A DNA stretch of 62,412 nucleotides from a virus (taxonomy: Duplodnaviria > Caudoviricetes). The position numbers and the translations under genes were made by a program. The stretch's first letter is position 1. Each line of letters opens with the position of its first letter. The stretch is taken from positions 1-62,412 of IMG/VR virus record IMGVR_UViG_3300042344_000078, one strand, 5' to 3'. Below the pieces are notes generated by a model that was not told the origin of the DNA, made no database searches, and saw nothing but the letters and a program-made list of their open reading frames with translations. This document shows, in pieces, positions 16,972 to 27,581 of the stretch.

Positions 16972-17946
16972 ATGAGCAATCTTATTCCCGCTAACATTCA
17001 GGTTCCGGCTCACATCGCTAAGCGTATGGGTCAGCCTTCGGCTCTGGCTACCGCCATCATGGGTGGCATCGGTGGTGGTGAGTCGTTCCCGCGCATCTCG
17101 ATTAAGGGTAGCCGTTTCCGTATCAAGGATGGTGACGCCGAGACTGTGCTGGAAACCACTGCGCTCGACGTTATCACCGTCGGCGCTAACCCGCATCCGT
17201 CGAAGACGTACTATGCTTCTGACTGGGACCCCAACGCTGAACCGGCTGCGCCTGATTGCTACTCGCTGAACGGTGTACGTCCGAACCCTGACGTTGCTGA
17301 ACCGCAGAATGACATCTGCGCTACGTGTGAGTGGAACAAGTTTGGTTCTGCCAAGAATGGTAATGGTAAGCGTTGCGCTGATAAGAAGCGTCTTGCTGTC
17401 GTCGCTGCCGACGATCCGACCGGACCGATCTATCTTCTTGAGGTTACTGCGACGGCTATGAAAAGCCTCAACGTGTACCAGAAAGAATTGATTATGCGCG
17501 GCATGGGGCCGGAGGTTGTTCGCACTCGTGTGTCGTTTGATACAGACGCCACGTATCCTAAGTTGCAGTTTGGTTTCGGTGGGTTCTTAGATGAAGAAAC
17601 TATTGATGCAGTTGCGCCGCTGTTCAACTCCGACAAGGTTAAGGAGATCACAGGTGAGTCTGCTTCTGCAGCGGTCGCGGCTATTCCCGCACCCAAGGAA
17701 GCTCCGAAGCCAGTGCTTGTCAAAGCCGCAGCTAAACCCGAACCTGTGCAGGTTGAAGAAGCTGAAGCAGAGGAAGCACCTAAACCGATCCGTGGTTTCG
17801 GCGCTGCAAAAGCGAAGCCCGTTGCGCAAGAATCTGCTAAACCCAAAGCAGCGGCTAAAGTTGCGCCCGTTAAAGCGGAGAGCGTTAGCGATATAGCTGA
17901 CGAAATCGCTGGCTTGCTTGGCGAGATGGACGCGGACGATGCTTGA
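16972..17946 (+). CDS. Putative ssDNA-binding protein with a Cys cluster and A/P/K-rich tail
   Basis: PRISIKGSRF, PDCYS, CATCEWN, acidic C-terminus; position in the replication module. Confidence 0.6.
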   Translation: MSNLIPANIQVPAHIAKRMGQPSALATAIMGGIGGGESFPRISIKGSRFRIKDGDAETVLETTALDVITVGANPHPSKTYYASDWDPNAEPAAPDCYSLNGVRPNPDVAEPQNDICATCEWNKFGSAKNGNGKRCADKKRLAVVAADDPTGPIYLLEVTATAMKSLNVYQKELIMRGMGPEVVRTRVSFDTDATYPKLQFGFGGFLDEETIDAVAPLFNSDKVKEITGESASAAVAAIPAPKEAPKPVLVKAAAKPEPVQVEEAEAEEAPKPIRGFGAAKAKPVAQESAKPKAAAKVAPVKAESVSDIADEIAGLLGEMDADDA

Positions 17947-18220
17947 CCAGATAGACTTTGCTAAAGTCGAGGTGCTGCGTAAACATCTAATGATTACGCA
18001 GAACGACATGGCGCAAATCTTCGGTGTATCTAGGATTACATACCTTAGTTGGATCAAAGGTACACCGCTTCGCCAAAAGAACTTGACTAACGCAAAGCGA
18101 ATCATTCGTCGTCTCATTGGTCTTGTGAAAGACCACGACTGGCCGTCGTTAGAAGTACGCAAGTTAGAACACCAAGATAGATTACAAAGACTACTTGCGG
18201 CGCTTGAGTACGGCGCGTAA
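17939..18220 (+). CDS. XRE/Cro-type HTH regulator
   Basis: LRKHLMITQNDMAQIFGVSRITYLSWIKG. Confidence 0.8.
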   Translation: MLDQIDFAKVEVLRKHLMITQNDMAQIFGVSRITYLSWIKGTPLRQKNLTNAKRIIRRLIGLVKDHDWPSLEVRKLEHQDRLQRLLAALEYGA

Positions 18221-18231
18221 ACTCAAACATT

Positions 18232-18257
18232 CGGGGAGGTAAAACCTCCCCGTTTTC
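18232..18257 (+). terminator. Rho-independent terminator
   Basis: CGGGGAGGT-AAA-ACCTCCCCG-TTTT. Confidence 0.7.
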
Positions 18258-18265
18258 ATCATGCC

Positions 18266-21148
18266 GTGGACATCACTATGAATACGTTGGATTTTCTTCA
18301 GCGGGTACTTCCATCTGATGGGTACTATGTCGCCGTTGCGATTAAGAATAAAAAAGTTTTGCTGCACCGCTTTGTGGACAACATAGTATCTCTAGAGACG
18401 GTAGTAGACGGTATCAGTGCTGGTGGTGGCAATGCGTACTTCGCAGTTGCATCATTTGTTACAAACACTGGCGGTCGAAAACAAGATAATGTGCATAGCT
18501 TAAAGTCTTTATATCTAGATATTGATTGCGGTGTGGATAAACCATACCTCACCCAGCGCGATGGGCTTAAAGCCTTATCCACATTTGTTAAAGAGACGCA
18601 GCTTCCGACGCCAATGATTGTCTCATCGGGCAACGGACTCCATGCGTACTGGATTCTAGATCGTGAGTTGCCGCGTGATGAATGGCAACCGCTGGCCGAC
18701 GCACTGAAGAACGCAACGCAGCAGCTTAAGTTTGAGGTTGATCCCGTGGTGCCAGCCGACAGCGCCCGCATACTGCGGCCAGTCGGGACGATCAATACGA
18801 AGGGCGGGGAACTTGTAACTAGTTTGTTAGCAAAGGATGAGACACACAACGTAGAATATATTGACAGGATACTGTCGCCGTATCGTGTTAACCAAATAAA
18901 GATAAGACCACCGAGCGCGCAGTTCACTCCACTGATTGATCTCAGCACCAAGACTGAGTTCCCCCCGACCAGCGCCGCTGCGATGGTGGATAAATGCCAG
19001 CAGATTCGGTGGGGTGTAGAGAACCAGAAGAAAGTCCAAGAGCCATTCTGGTACGCCTTGCTGGGCATCGCCGCCTATTGCGAAGACCCAGAGGCCACTG
19101 CCGTGGCATGGAGTAAAGACCACCCAGAGTACAGCTACGATAAGACTGTAGCTAAGCTAGAGCATTGGAAGGCGTCAGTCTCAGGGCCGACAACCTGCAA
19201 CAAGTTTCAAGAACTGCGTTCAAGTGGATGCGACAAATGCAAGTTCAAAGGAAGCATAACAACTCCCTGCTCGATTGGCGTAACATATAAGTCTGTTGAG
19301 ATTGATCCTTCCGCACCCGACGAAGTGGCCCACCTCACGCCACTACCACGGGCATACAAACGCGCTAGCGACGGTGGCATTAAGCAGACGATTGACAGCA
19401 CCGACGTAGACATTTGCCCCTTCGACCTGTACCCCGTTGGCTATGGGCGCGACGAAGCGCTGGGCTACGAGACTGTGCGGTATAGGTGGAACAGACCCCA
19501 TGCTGGGTGGCAACCACTGGTATTCAGGCAAGCCTACCTAGCTGACGGAAGCCGCGAGTTCGCGTCGGCCATCGCAGACCAAGGCATTGTGCTACTCCAC
19601 AAACATCAGACGGAAAAATTCCAGATGCTTCTGCGCACCTACATGGATGAACTGCGTAAGATGAAAGCCATGACCAACATCCACACTTCTATGGGGTGGA
19701 AGGATGATAGGTCACAATTCCTAATTGGCGACACGCTGTTCAGACGGCACGACGATGGCTCTGTATCGGAAGAAGTTGTCTCGATCTCGCAGACATCGAA
19801 CCGCGCAGCCCCTACCATGTACGGCGTATCTGGTACGTTGGAAGAAGCCACCAACTTCACCAGCATTATTGATAAAGGCAGACTGCCCATCCAAGGATGG
19901 GCTATGATGATTGGTCTGGCGGCACCGATGTTCGAGTTCACCGGCATCAAGGGCTTGACCATCAATCTGTACGGGCCGTCAGGGTCAGGCAAGTCATTAG
20001 CTCAGCTTATGATTCAGTCCCTATGGGGCAATCCTGATATGCTCCATTACGCATCCAAGTTTACACACAATGCCCTCTATGCCCGCATGGGTCTATGCAA
20101 CAACCTGCCCATGACGATTGATGAAGCCACCACGATGGCGGCTAAAGACATCGGTGATTTCCTGTACGATGTGTCGCAGGGTAGAGAGAAGGCTCGACTG
20201 ACTCGCACTGCAGAGGAACGCAACGCCCGTACGTGGCGGTTACCCTGTATAACATCTGCCAATAAGTCTCTGAATGCCTCGCTTATATCGACTGGCTTGG
20301 AGACCGACGCTCAGATGATGCGCCTCTTTGAGATCACAGTCACCCCGCATCCGTTATTCGAGAAGTCTACAGATGCAGGACAACGTATTTATAACTTCGT
20401 GTCAGTCCATTATGGGACTATTGGTCGGGCCTTCATCCGCAAGCTGTTGGAGATTGGTGCTGAAGACTTAGCCACCATCATTGATAACCACAAGGCTGAG
20501 TTCACCAAGAAGTATAACTGCAAGTTCGAAGGCACCGAACGGTTCTGGGAGCAGAGTGTTATCCTCGCTGACCTAGCTGGCAAGCTGGCCTGCGAGTGGG
20601 GGCTGTTCAAGTTTGACTATACCAAATGCACCAATGCTGTCCTGTCACAGATGGGTTCGATCCGTAAGAATGTGCAGGAGAATGTCACGGATTCCTTCGA
20701 CCTGATCTCTGAGTACCTTAATGCTCATAGCGAGGCAACGATTATCGCTACCCATACTGGTGGTAGCAAGGTGTATGTAGATACCACCCGGCTACCGCGT
20801 AAGGATGTGCGTGTTAGATTTGATCTGTACCGCCCGTCGCATTCCGATCCCTATGAACGAGGCGTTGTCCTGCTGGATAAGACGCACTTCAAACGCTGGC
20901 TCTCCAACAACGGAGCCGATATGCGTACCGTAATGAAAGACATCATAGCGGCGAACGCAGATGCTACGCCCAAGATTGGCAAGGCTTATCTAGCCAAAGA
21001 CTCGTCGATCAAACTGGGCCAGACCTACGTTATTGGTGTCAGTCTACAGCACCCGCGCCTTGTCGGCATCCTTACTGACAAGGATGACAACGCCATCAAC
21101 AACGATCTGGCTGGCTTAACGGTGCTGCAAGGAGGAAGGGTAGATTAG
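18266..21148 (+). CDS. Primase-helicase (AEP/RepB-like primase + Cys-rich domain + DUF927 ATPase)
   Basis: LDID, SSGNGLHAYW, ARILRPVGT; Walker A GPSGSGKS, Walker B MTIDE. Confidence 0.85.
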   Translation: MDITMNTLDFLQRVLPSDGYYVAVAIKNKKVLLHRFVDNIVSLETVVDGISAGGGNAYFAVASFVTNTGGRKQDNVHSLKSLYLDIDCGVDKPYLTQRDGLKALSTFVKETQLPTPMIVSSGNGLHAYWILDRELPRDEWQPLADALKNATQQLKFEVDPVVPADSARILRPVGTINTKGGELVTSLLAKDETHNVEYIDRILSPYRVNQIKIRPPSAQFTPLIDLSTKTEFPPTSAAAMVDKCQQIRWGVENQKKVQEPFWYALLGIAAYCEDPEATAVAWSKDHPEYSYDKTVAKLEHWKASVSGPTTCNKFQELRSSGCDKCKFKGSITTPCSIGVTYKSVEIDPSAPDEVAHLTPLPRAYKRASDGGIKQTIDSTDVDICPFDLYPVGYGRDEALGYETVRYRWNRPHAGWQPLVFRQAYLADGSREFASAIADQGIVLLHKHQTEKFQMLLRTYMDELRKMKAMTNIHTSMGWKDDRSQFLIGDTLFRRHDDGSVSEEVVSISQTSNRAAPTMYGVSGTLEEATNFTSIIDKGRLPIQGWAMMIGLAAPMFEFTGIKGLTINLYGPSGSGKSLAQLMIQSLWGNPDMLHYASKFTHNALYARMGLCNNLPMTIDEATTMAAKDIGDFLYDVSQGREKARLTRTAEERNARTWRLPCITSANKSLNASLISTGLETDAQMMRLFEITVTPHPLFEKSTDAGQRIYNFVSVHYGTIGRAFIRKLLEIGAEDLATIIDNHKAEFTKKYNCKFEGTERFWEQSVILADLAGKLACEWGLFKFDYTKCTNAVLSQMGSIRKNVQENVTDSFDLISEYLNAHSEATIIATHTGGSKVYVDTTRLPRKDVRVRFDLYRPSHSDPYERGVVLLDKTHFKRWLSNNGADMRTVMKDIIAANADATPKIGKAYLAKDSSIKLGQTYVIGVSLQHPRLVGILTDKDDNAINNDLAGLTVLQGGRVD

Positions 21149-24100
21149 TCTGCCGCTTCCTGTTCTCCGGTCAGCGCTTTGAATTGTTCCGCGAACCTGC
21201 GTTCACGCGCAGTCTGCTGCTTCGGCGCACTCTTCAGGTTGGCTATGGCCGATGGCTTGAGGCCGACACGCTTCTTGGCAGACTGGAGAGCCAGCCATTC
21301 AGACTTGGCAGCTTCCACACCAGAACTATCGCCAGCGCGCTGAGCCTCAACGAAGTCGCGGCGCACCTCAGTCGTACGCTCACTGAAGTATTTGTCGTAC
21401 TCGTACATCTCTTGGCGCTTACGGCGGACGTTAGCCATGTTGGTGGACGTAAAGCCAAGTCCCTGCAACATACTGTCAAGAAGCGTAAACTCTTCCGGCG
21501 ATACAACGAGGTCGCCGTTACGGCGCGTGACACCCTTATCGAACGTCTCGCGGTATGCCCGCATCGCGCTCTTGATTCCGTTGGGCATCATAAACTCGAC
21601 GCCTTTCCAGTAATCTCCCTGCGCCATCATGCCCATGCCGTCTGCGAAGTTGGCGGCAGTACCCATAAGCGGGCCACCCACACCAAGAAGCGTACGGCCA
21701 AGACCTTCACGCGAGGTAAGATCAACGTCAGTGTACGGCAGCGGAGAGAAGACATTACCCAAGCCAAGCTGGCCGGAGACATCGACACCGAGGCCAGCCG
21801 GTACACCTTTGAGGATCGTGTCAGCTAACCAGCCATCTCCGATAACCTGACGGAGGAAGCGTTCCTCATTCACCGGCTCATCCGGTGGTCCAAAGATAGC
21901 CGCCAGAATGTAGGACATGAGCGTAGCCAGTGGCAGTCCAAGCGCACCAGTGAACACAGCCGTCTGACCGATGACGTTACGCATGACTGCACGGGCAATG
22001 GCGCGTTCTTCCTTCGATGCACCTGCAAACATATTGTAGCCATTGCGGATCAGCAAAGACGCCTGCATGACTTGGTATTTGCGGAACTGAGTAATCACCT
22101 TGCTGAAGGCGAACGCATTGAAGTAGCGTGGTGCATTCAGGCTAGAGTAATCACCTTGCGTCTGGCTCAGAACTTCAGCCGCATAGTTCAACGCTTGCTG
22201 ATTCGAACGACCATCGGCTTTGGCTAGACGGTACGCAGCCATACCAGCCGTGACACGGTTGGCGACTTCGACCTGACGAGTCAGCGCTGTCAGTTTGTGC
22301 ATGACATCTTGAAGCGCTTTCTGCGGACCACTGGTCTTGAAAGTCTCCCAGTATCCAAGGTCATAGCCCATACCAATGTCGAGCAGTCCGTTGTCACGGA
22401 GCGTCGTCAGAACATCCTGCTCTTCCTTGGAATATGCTGAGCCATCTAGCTTGCGCATCTTGGCTACGTCAAACTCGCCGCGCATAAACTTGTTGAAGTC
22501 GCCTTTGTTCTTGAACAGGCTCGTACCAAGTTCTTTATACGTGCGATTAATCTCGTCGGATGTACGCCCATAGCCAAATTTAGCCGCCATATAAGGGAGA
22601 CTAAGCATGTAGGTCTGAGTCGCATTCTGCAGGTAATACCGAGGTAGCGTAAGCAGCGTCCACATGGAGTTGAACGCCATCAGTTTGTCCTGCAGAGGCG
22701 TCGGCGTATAGGTCAACCCTTGGACATGGCGGCGTAGCACTTCATTCAGCGCCCGCATACGGTCGGCTTTAGAGCCATCAATACCAGCAGCCGCAGCTTC
22801 TTCGTCGGACATACGAGCCTGACGGCTCATCTCTTCAAGCGAGTTCGACACTTCGCTATCATTGGTCATCGACGCAATGAAGTGCGCGTCAGCCGTACCC
22901 TTGGTAGCGAATGCCCGCAGCATGTCGTCATAACCCGCAACGCCAGTACGTGCGAGTTGGTGACGGCGGGCGCTGTTCTCAGCAAGCGTACCAATATACA
23001 GGTCGGTGATAAGCTGATTGATTCGCTCAACTTCTTGAGGCTGGAGATCAGCGGCAAGGTCTTTCTCCACCAGCGTCTTGATTCGCTGGAGGTTGAGCCA
23101 TGCAGGGACATCGACTTTGCCCGGCGACAACTGGCGTTCGAACGCCTCAGTAAACATGCCGGGGAACTGAGCCTTCATCTCCTCTTGCTTCTGCATCGCA
23201 GCGCCAAGCGACTCAGAGAAGATCACAATGTAACTGTCAGGATCAGCACGCAGGGCTTCGAGTTCCGCCTTCTCTTCAGCGGTACGATCCATTGCTGGGA
23301 TAGATTCCAGTTCGCGGAACCGCGCCGACTTGCCGACGGTGACGAACTGACCGAAGCGAGACAGCGGAGCATACGGACCTTCACGCTCCTTGAAGATGGT
23401 ATTCATAAGCTGCAATCTACGTGCAACATCTTCCTGACGCTGCTGCTTGATGTCAGTCGGGAGCGATTCGTACTCTGGTCCCGTGAGTTCGCCCCTAATC
23501 TTTTCTACAATAGCTTGACGCATACGCTTCGAGGTCTTGAAGCCATGCTCGAATATCTGATCCGCCACACGCTGAGCATTTTCAGGCAGCGCTTCGTACT
23601 GCTCTTTGGCAGTCGGGTCTATTACAACTTGTTTACCAATCCATGTAGGCTGGTATCCCCATGCTTGGTCAATAGTGCTGCTGGCTAGAAACTTATTCAG
23701 AGTCTCGCGTGCGTCACCAAGATCACCAGTCTGGAGCATGATCTGATCGACTTCCTGACGCAGCTTATTCGTCAGGGTCATACGGTTAATCATAAAGTCG
23801 AAGTACGTCCGCACCGCTGGCAGCATGGGACTGATCCAGTCCACAAGGTCACGACCAAAGGCCATGCCATATGCTTTCTTCAAAGCGCCATCACGAATGT
23901 TTCTGGCGATAGAGAGCGCAGCCGACTGCATCGGAGCCGGTACCGCACCGGCTACGAACTGCCTGATCGACTCGTCTGTGCTGCGACGTTCCGCTGTTGT
24001 GGCAGTATCCTCCATCGGAGCAATGCCGCCACCGCCGGGAGGAGTCGTATCCTCCTTGATACCGAGGATTTCAGAGAAGTCTGGACCGCCAAGACCGTTG

Positions 24101-27100
24101 AGGAAGTCCGTGACATTCTGTGTAGGCATACCTTCTTTGCGACCAGCATCGAACAACTTGTTCATCAAACGGCCAAGCGTCGAGAAGAACCGTTCAGTGA
24201 TCGTCAGCGGCTTACGCTGCGTCGTAGCCCATTTAGATACCTGATCGGCAAACCATTCGCTAAAGCTATCCCAGTAACCCGGATCAGCCTTAAACATTTC
24301 TCCAGCCGATGCACGACCACGCGCACCGAGAGAACGCACAGATTGCTTGGCTCTCTGCGGCGTACGGAGTAGCCGCATCCATTCAGCCATGGTGGGCATG
24401 GCATATTTAGGATCGGCTTTCCGTAAGAACTTTTCGAAGTCACTCTTGATAGCGGCCTGAACTTCAGGCGAAGCATTGGCGAAGGCGTTAAACTCTACAC
24501 CATGACCGATCTCGTGAGCGATAACTTCGAGCGCCAAAAGATACCGACGCCCACCTGCTTGATTAACCAAGTCTTGGTTAAACAGGATAACATCGGTGCC
24601 GTCACCCAAACGCGTATAAAGGCCACGCGTCGTAGTTGACAACAAATATTTGCGCAGTGAGCCTTTGAGTACAGTTAACTGCGTGTCGGTGATACCGAAC
24701 TGTTTACCACTTTTGGCATTGACAAGTCGCTGCAAATCCCCCTTGGCGATAGAGCCAAAGAGAATCTTGCGGTTGCCAAAGCCAAGCGCCTTCGTCAGTG
24801 CAGACACGTAGTTGGTAAGTCGTGCATCAACATCAGCGATAGTCGTGATGTTACCAACCTTAGTGCCAGCCGGAGTCGGCGTGATTACTTCTTCCGGCTG
24901 CGGCCCGCCTTCGACAACGAGATTGCCACCGCCTGCTTCACCGCCGCCTTCTTGGACTTGGGCCGCGACGTTCCGATTGACCCCTTCGCTTGGTACTTGT
25001 CCACCAACTCCTTGATATTGGCCGACACCACCTTGTTGGACTTGCCCGACTTGAGCGGCATTGGGAACCTCCACTGGTTGAGTAGGAGCGGCAACAGCCG
25101 CAGGAGCGACGGGCGCAGGAGCGGCAGTCGGAGTAGGAGTCGGAGCAGGCGCAGCCGCAGGAGCCGAAACAGGGGCGACAGGAATTGTCGTGGGGTCTGC
25201 TATATATCCATCAAGCTGTTTGAGTAGCTTCTCGCCAGCGTTGATGTGACCCTTGATGATTCGCTCAGCTTCTTTGTACGTGATGCCCTGCGCCTGAGCC
25301 ATCTGAGTAAGCCGCGCCATGGCAGCCTTCGACGGACCGAGAAGTTTTTTTCGTTCCCTCTGTTCAGCAGCGACAAACGCGCGCTGACCCTGAAGGTCTT
25401 GAACAGTCGGAGCCTCTGTAAACTCAAGCGGCTGCACAGGAAGAAGCGTAGCCTTAGCAGCTTCACGACGCGCGTTCATCGCAGTCGTCTCGGCAGCCAA
25501 AGCAGCGCGACTCTGTATCTGCTGTGCGCCAAGTTGGCGCACGATCTGAGCGCCACGACGAAGCCTAGAAACACCGCCTTCCAACGGCATTTCTGTCTGT
25601 GTCTCCACAAGTGGAAGCTGCAGTTGGATCGGCGTAGTAACTGGTATCGTAGCAGGAGTTGGCGCAACGCCAGCACCCCCTTGGAGCGGCAGTGGAATCT
25701 GCTCACCGGGGGGAGTCTGAAGTACACCTTCTGGGAAACCAAATAGCGGCAGTCCTTCGACACCGACCTGCGCGGGCATTGCAGGCGTAGGTGTGGGAGC
25801 AGGAGTCGTGGGCGGTGCAGCGGCAACGCCACGTAGAAGATTCTGTTGCCCAAATGGTAACGTCGGCTGTTCTGCAAGACGTTGCGCCATAGCCTCAGAC
25901 CGACCAGTAGTCGTCAGCCTTCCAGCAGCGTCGATAGCTGCGATAGCTTCACGCGCCCTAGCAATCTGGCTCGTCAGCATGGAGACGCGAACTGGGTCGA
26001 GCGATCCAGCACCAGCAGCGGCAGCCTCAAGCTGGGCATTAGACTCAGCGATCAGACCTTCGAGGCGACGGCGTTCATCAATGGCGGCGAAGTCAGTCTC
26101 ACGAGCAGCGGCAAGCGTCTCACCTGTGGGCTGCATAGTTAACGTCGGAGCTACGCCGAGTTCAGCACCGGGGAACAGTTCGCCCTGTGCGCCCGGTTGC
26201 GGCCCAACAGTCGGAGCTTCTGGCTTCTCACCACCAGCGCCTTCAAGCAAATTGGTGGGTTTCAACGGAGCAGCAACGCCACCCACACCACCGAATGCAC
26301 CACCAAGCACAGCGCCAGCGCCAGCAGCGATGAGTGCAGACTCGCCGTACTTTTCAATGACGTAAGGCGCAAGCGCCTTCCAGTCTGAAGCATTAAGCTG
26401 GCGACGGAACTCAGGATCAAAGACAGCCTGCTGAGCAAGCTGGGTTGCACCTTCAGCAAACGCTTCAGACGCAGCGCCTTCGGCAGTACCAGCGGCTATC
26501 GCGCCAATGCGCGAACTGGCTGCACGTTCACCGGCTTTGACAACCGCATCTTTGAAGAACGGCGAGAAGCCACGGGCAATGACGCCATCGGCTAAGGTCT
26601 GAAGAAGCGTCGTACCACCAGCCGCAGCAGCGATCTGCATACGTGTGCTGGGGTCATCTAGATTATAGGCAGGCGTACCATCAGGATTCTTGGCGTTCTT
26701 CGCTGACTCGTAGAAGTTCTGGAACTCAGACGGGTATGTTGACGCAGCGAGGCCAGTCAGTGCGCCGACTGTACGAGCGCGCCCAATATTAGCAGCAACG
26801 CCAGCAGCCCGAGTGGCGGCAGCAACGCCCCCAACAGCGCCAAGACCACCAGAGACAAGTGAAAAACCAGCAGAAGGAATACCTTGAGCAACGGCGTCCC
26901 ATATGTTTGACAGCGTCGAGTTCGACTGCTGGATGAGGGCGGACCGTGCCTGCTCAGCTTTAGTCTGACCAAAGGTTGATTCGGCAAACCTAGCGATAGG
27001 TTCGCCAACAGATGGAGCACCAACAGTGGTGAGGATATCACCGACGCCACCGATTGTCTGCTCTGCTAATCCACGCGCGCCGAGGGCGACGTTAGCCCCG

Positions 27101-27570
27101 AACCCACGGGGGGTCTTCAGCTTAGAAACATATGCGCCATAGGCGGCGGGACTCATCGGAACCCAGTCTGTCGCCACGCTTGCGGGCGCAGGCTGCATGG
27201 GTTGGTTAATAAGTTTGGAGCCTTCGGATACGTCGAGCGCATTGGTCGCATCAACGAGACGGCCACCGATCCAGAACTTCTGAGTCGAAGGGCTATATGG
27301 AATGTAGGAAGCAGCGCCACCCATGCCGCCAAGACCTTCAGGCGCAGCCGATCCAGTAACGTCAAGACCAGCAGGTGCGCGCTTAAGTTCTGTAGCTCTG
27401 CGAACTTCTTCGCCTATTACTGCAGCATCAGCCTGTGTCGGGCCAATATTACCGACACCCATCTGTGTAGAAGGATCGCCAAGTGCACGTCCATATGGGC
27501 TGCGCGGTCCAATAGCCATAGCATCTAGTATGGGACTGGCGAACTCTACCCCAATTCTGTCCATTGCCAT
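21145..27570 (-). CDS. Giant internal virion / ejection (polyvalent-type) protein, 2141 aa
   Basis: Last gene of the virion operon; HEIGH zincin-like motif; YAPLSRFG (PLxRFG-like) motif. Confidence 0.8.
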   Translation of the reverse strand: MAMDRIGVEFASPILDAMAIGPRSPYGRALGDPSTQMGVGNIGPTQADAAVIGEEVRRATELKRAPAGLDVTGSAAPEGLGGMGGAASYIPYSPSTQKFWIGGRLVDATNALDVSEGSKLINQPMQPAPASVATDWVPMSPAAYGAYVSKLKTPRGFGANVALGARGLAEQTIGGVGDILTTVGAPSVGEPIARFAESTFGQTKAEQARSALIQQSNSTLSNIWDAVAQGIPSAGFSLVSGGLGAVGGVAAATRAAGVAANIGRARTVGALTGLAASTYPSEFQNFYESAKNAKNPDGTPAYNLDDPSTRMQIAAAAGGTTLLQTLADGVIARGFSPFFKDAVVKAGERAASSRIGAIAAGTAEGAASEAFAEGATQLAQQAVFDPEFRRQLNASDWKALAPYVIEKYGESALIAAGAGAVLGGAFGGVGGVAAPLKPTNLLEGAGGEKPEAPTVGPQPGAQGELFPGAELGVAPTLTMQPTGETLAAARETDFAAIDERRRLEGLIAESNAQLEAAAAGAGSLDPVRVSMLTSQIARAREAIAAIDAAGRLTTTGRSEAMAQRLAEQPTLPFGQQNLLRGVAAAPPTTPAPTPTPAMPAQVGVEGLPLFGFPEGVLQTPPGEQIPLPLQGGAGVAPTPATIPVTTPIQLQLPLVETQTEMPLEGGVSRLRRGAQIVRQLGAQQIQSRAALAAETTAMNARREAAKATLLPVQPLEFTEAPTVQDLQGQRAFVAAEQRERKKLLGPSKAAMARLTQMAQAQGITYKEAERIIKGHINAGEKLLKQLDGYIADPTTIPVAPVSAPAAAPAPTPTPTAAPAPVAPAAVAAPTQPVEVPNAAQVGQVQQGGVGQYQGVGGQVPSEGVNRNVAAQVQEGGGEAGGGNLVVEGGPQPEEVITPTPAGTKVGNITTIADVDARLTNYVSALTKALGFGNRKILFGSIAKGDLQRLVNAKSGKQFGITDTQLTVLKGSLRKYLLSTTTRGLYTRLGDGTDVILFNQDLVNQAGGRRYLLALEVIAHEIGHGVEFNAFANASPEVQAAIKSDFEKFLRKADPKYAMPTMAEWMRLLRTPQRAKQSVRSLGARGRASAGEMFKADPGYWDSFSEWFADQVSKWATTQRKPLTITERFFSTLGRLMNKLFDAGRKEGMPTQNVTDFLNGLGGPDFSEILGIKEDTTPPGGGGIAPMEDTATTAERRSTDESIRQFVAGAVPAPMQSAALSIARNIRDGALKKAYGMAFGRDLVDWISPMLPAVRTYFDFMINRMTLTNKLRQEVDQIMLQTGDLGDARETLNKFLASSTIDQAWGYQPTWIGKQVVIDPTAKEQYEALPENAQRVADQIFEHGFKTSKRMRQAIVEKIRGELTGPEYESLPTDIKQQRQEDVARRLQLMNTIFKEREGPYAPLSRFGQFVTVGKSARFRELESIPAMDRTAEEKAELEALRADPDSYIVIFSESLGAAMQKQEEMKAQFPGMFTEAFERQLSPGKVDVPAWLNLQRIKTLVEKDLAADLQPQEVERINQLITDLYIGTLAENSARRHQLARTGVAGYDDMLRAFATKGTADAHFIASMTNDSEVSNSLEEMSRQARMSDEEAAAAGIDGSKADRMRALNEVLRRHVQGLTYTPTPLQDKLMAFNSMWTLLTLPRYYLQNATQTYMLSLPYMAAKFGYGRTSDEINRTYKELGTSLFKNKGDFNKFMRGEFDVAKMRKLDGSAYSKEEQDVLTTLRDNGLLDIGMGYDLGYWETFKTSGPQKALQDVMHKLTALTRQVEVANRVTAGMAAYRLAKADGRSNQQALNYAAEVLSQTQGDYSSLNAPRYFNAFAFSKVITQFRKYQVMQASLLIRNGYNMFAGASKEERAIARAVMRNVIGQTAVFTGALGLPLATLMSYILAAIFGPPDEPVNEERFLRQVIGDGWLADTILKGVPAGLGVDVSGQLGLGNVFSPLPYTDVDLTSREGLGRTLLGVGGPLMGTAANFADGMGMMAQGDYWKGVEFMMPNGIKSAMRAYRETFDKGVTRRNGDLVVSPEEFTLLDSMLQGLGFTSTNMANVRRKRQEMYEYDKYFSERTTEVRRDFVEAQRAGDSSGVEAAKSEWLALQSAKKRVGLKPSAIANLKSAPKQQTARERRFAEQFKALTGEQEAAD
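24885..25061 (-). CDS. Nested alternative-frame gene, 58-aa basic protein (MPLKSGKSNKVVSANIKEL...KQAVAISLSKAG)
   Basis: RBS GGAGGT 5 nt before ATG; resembles a recurrent small phage family (MPLKKGxSxxxISxNI...KQAVAIAxxxAG); overlaps a low-complexity linker of the 2141-aa ORF. Confidence 0.7.
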   Translation of the reverse strand: MPLKSGKSNKVVSANIKELVDKYQAKGSIGTSRPKSKKAAVKQAVAISLSKAGRSRKK

Positions 27571-27581
27571 GGATTAAATCC

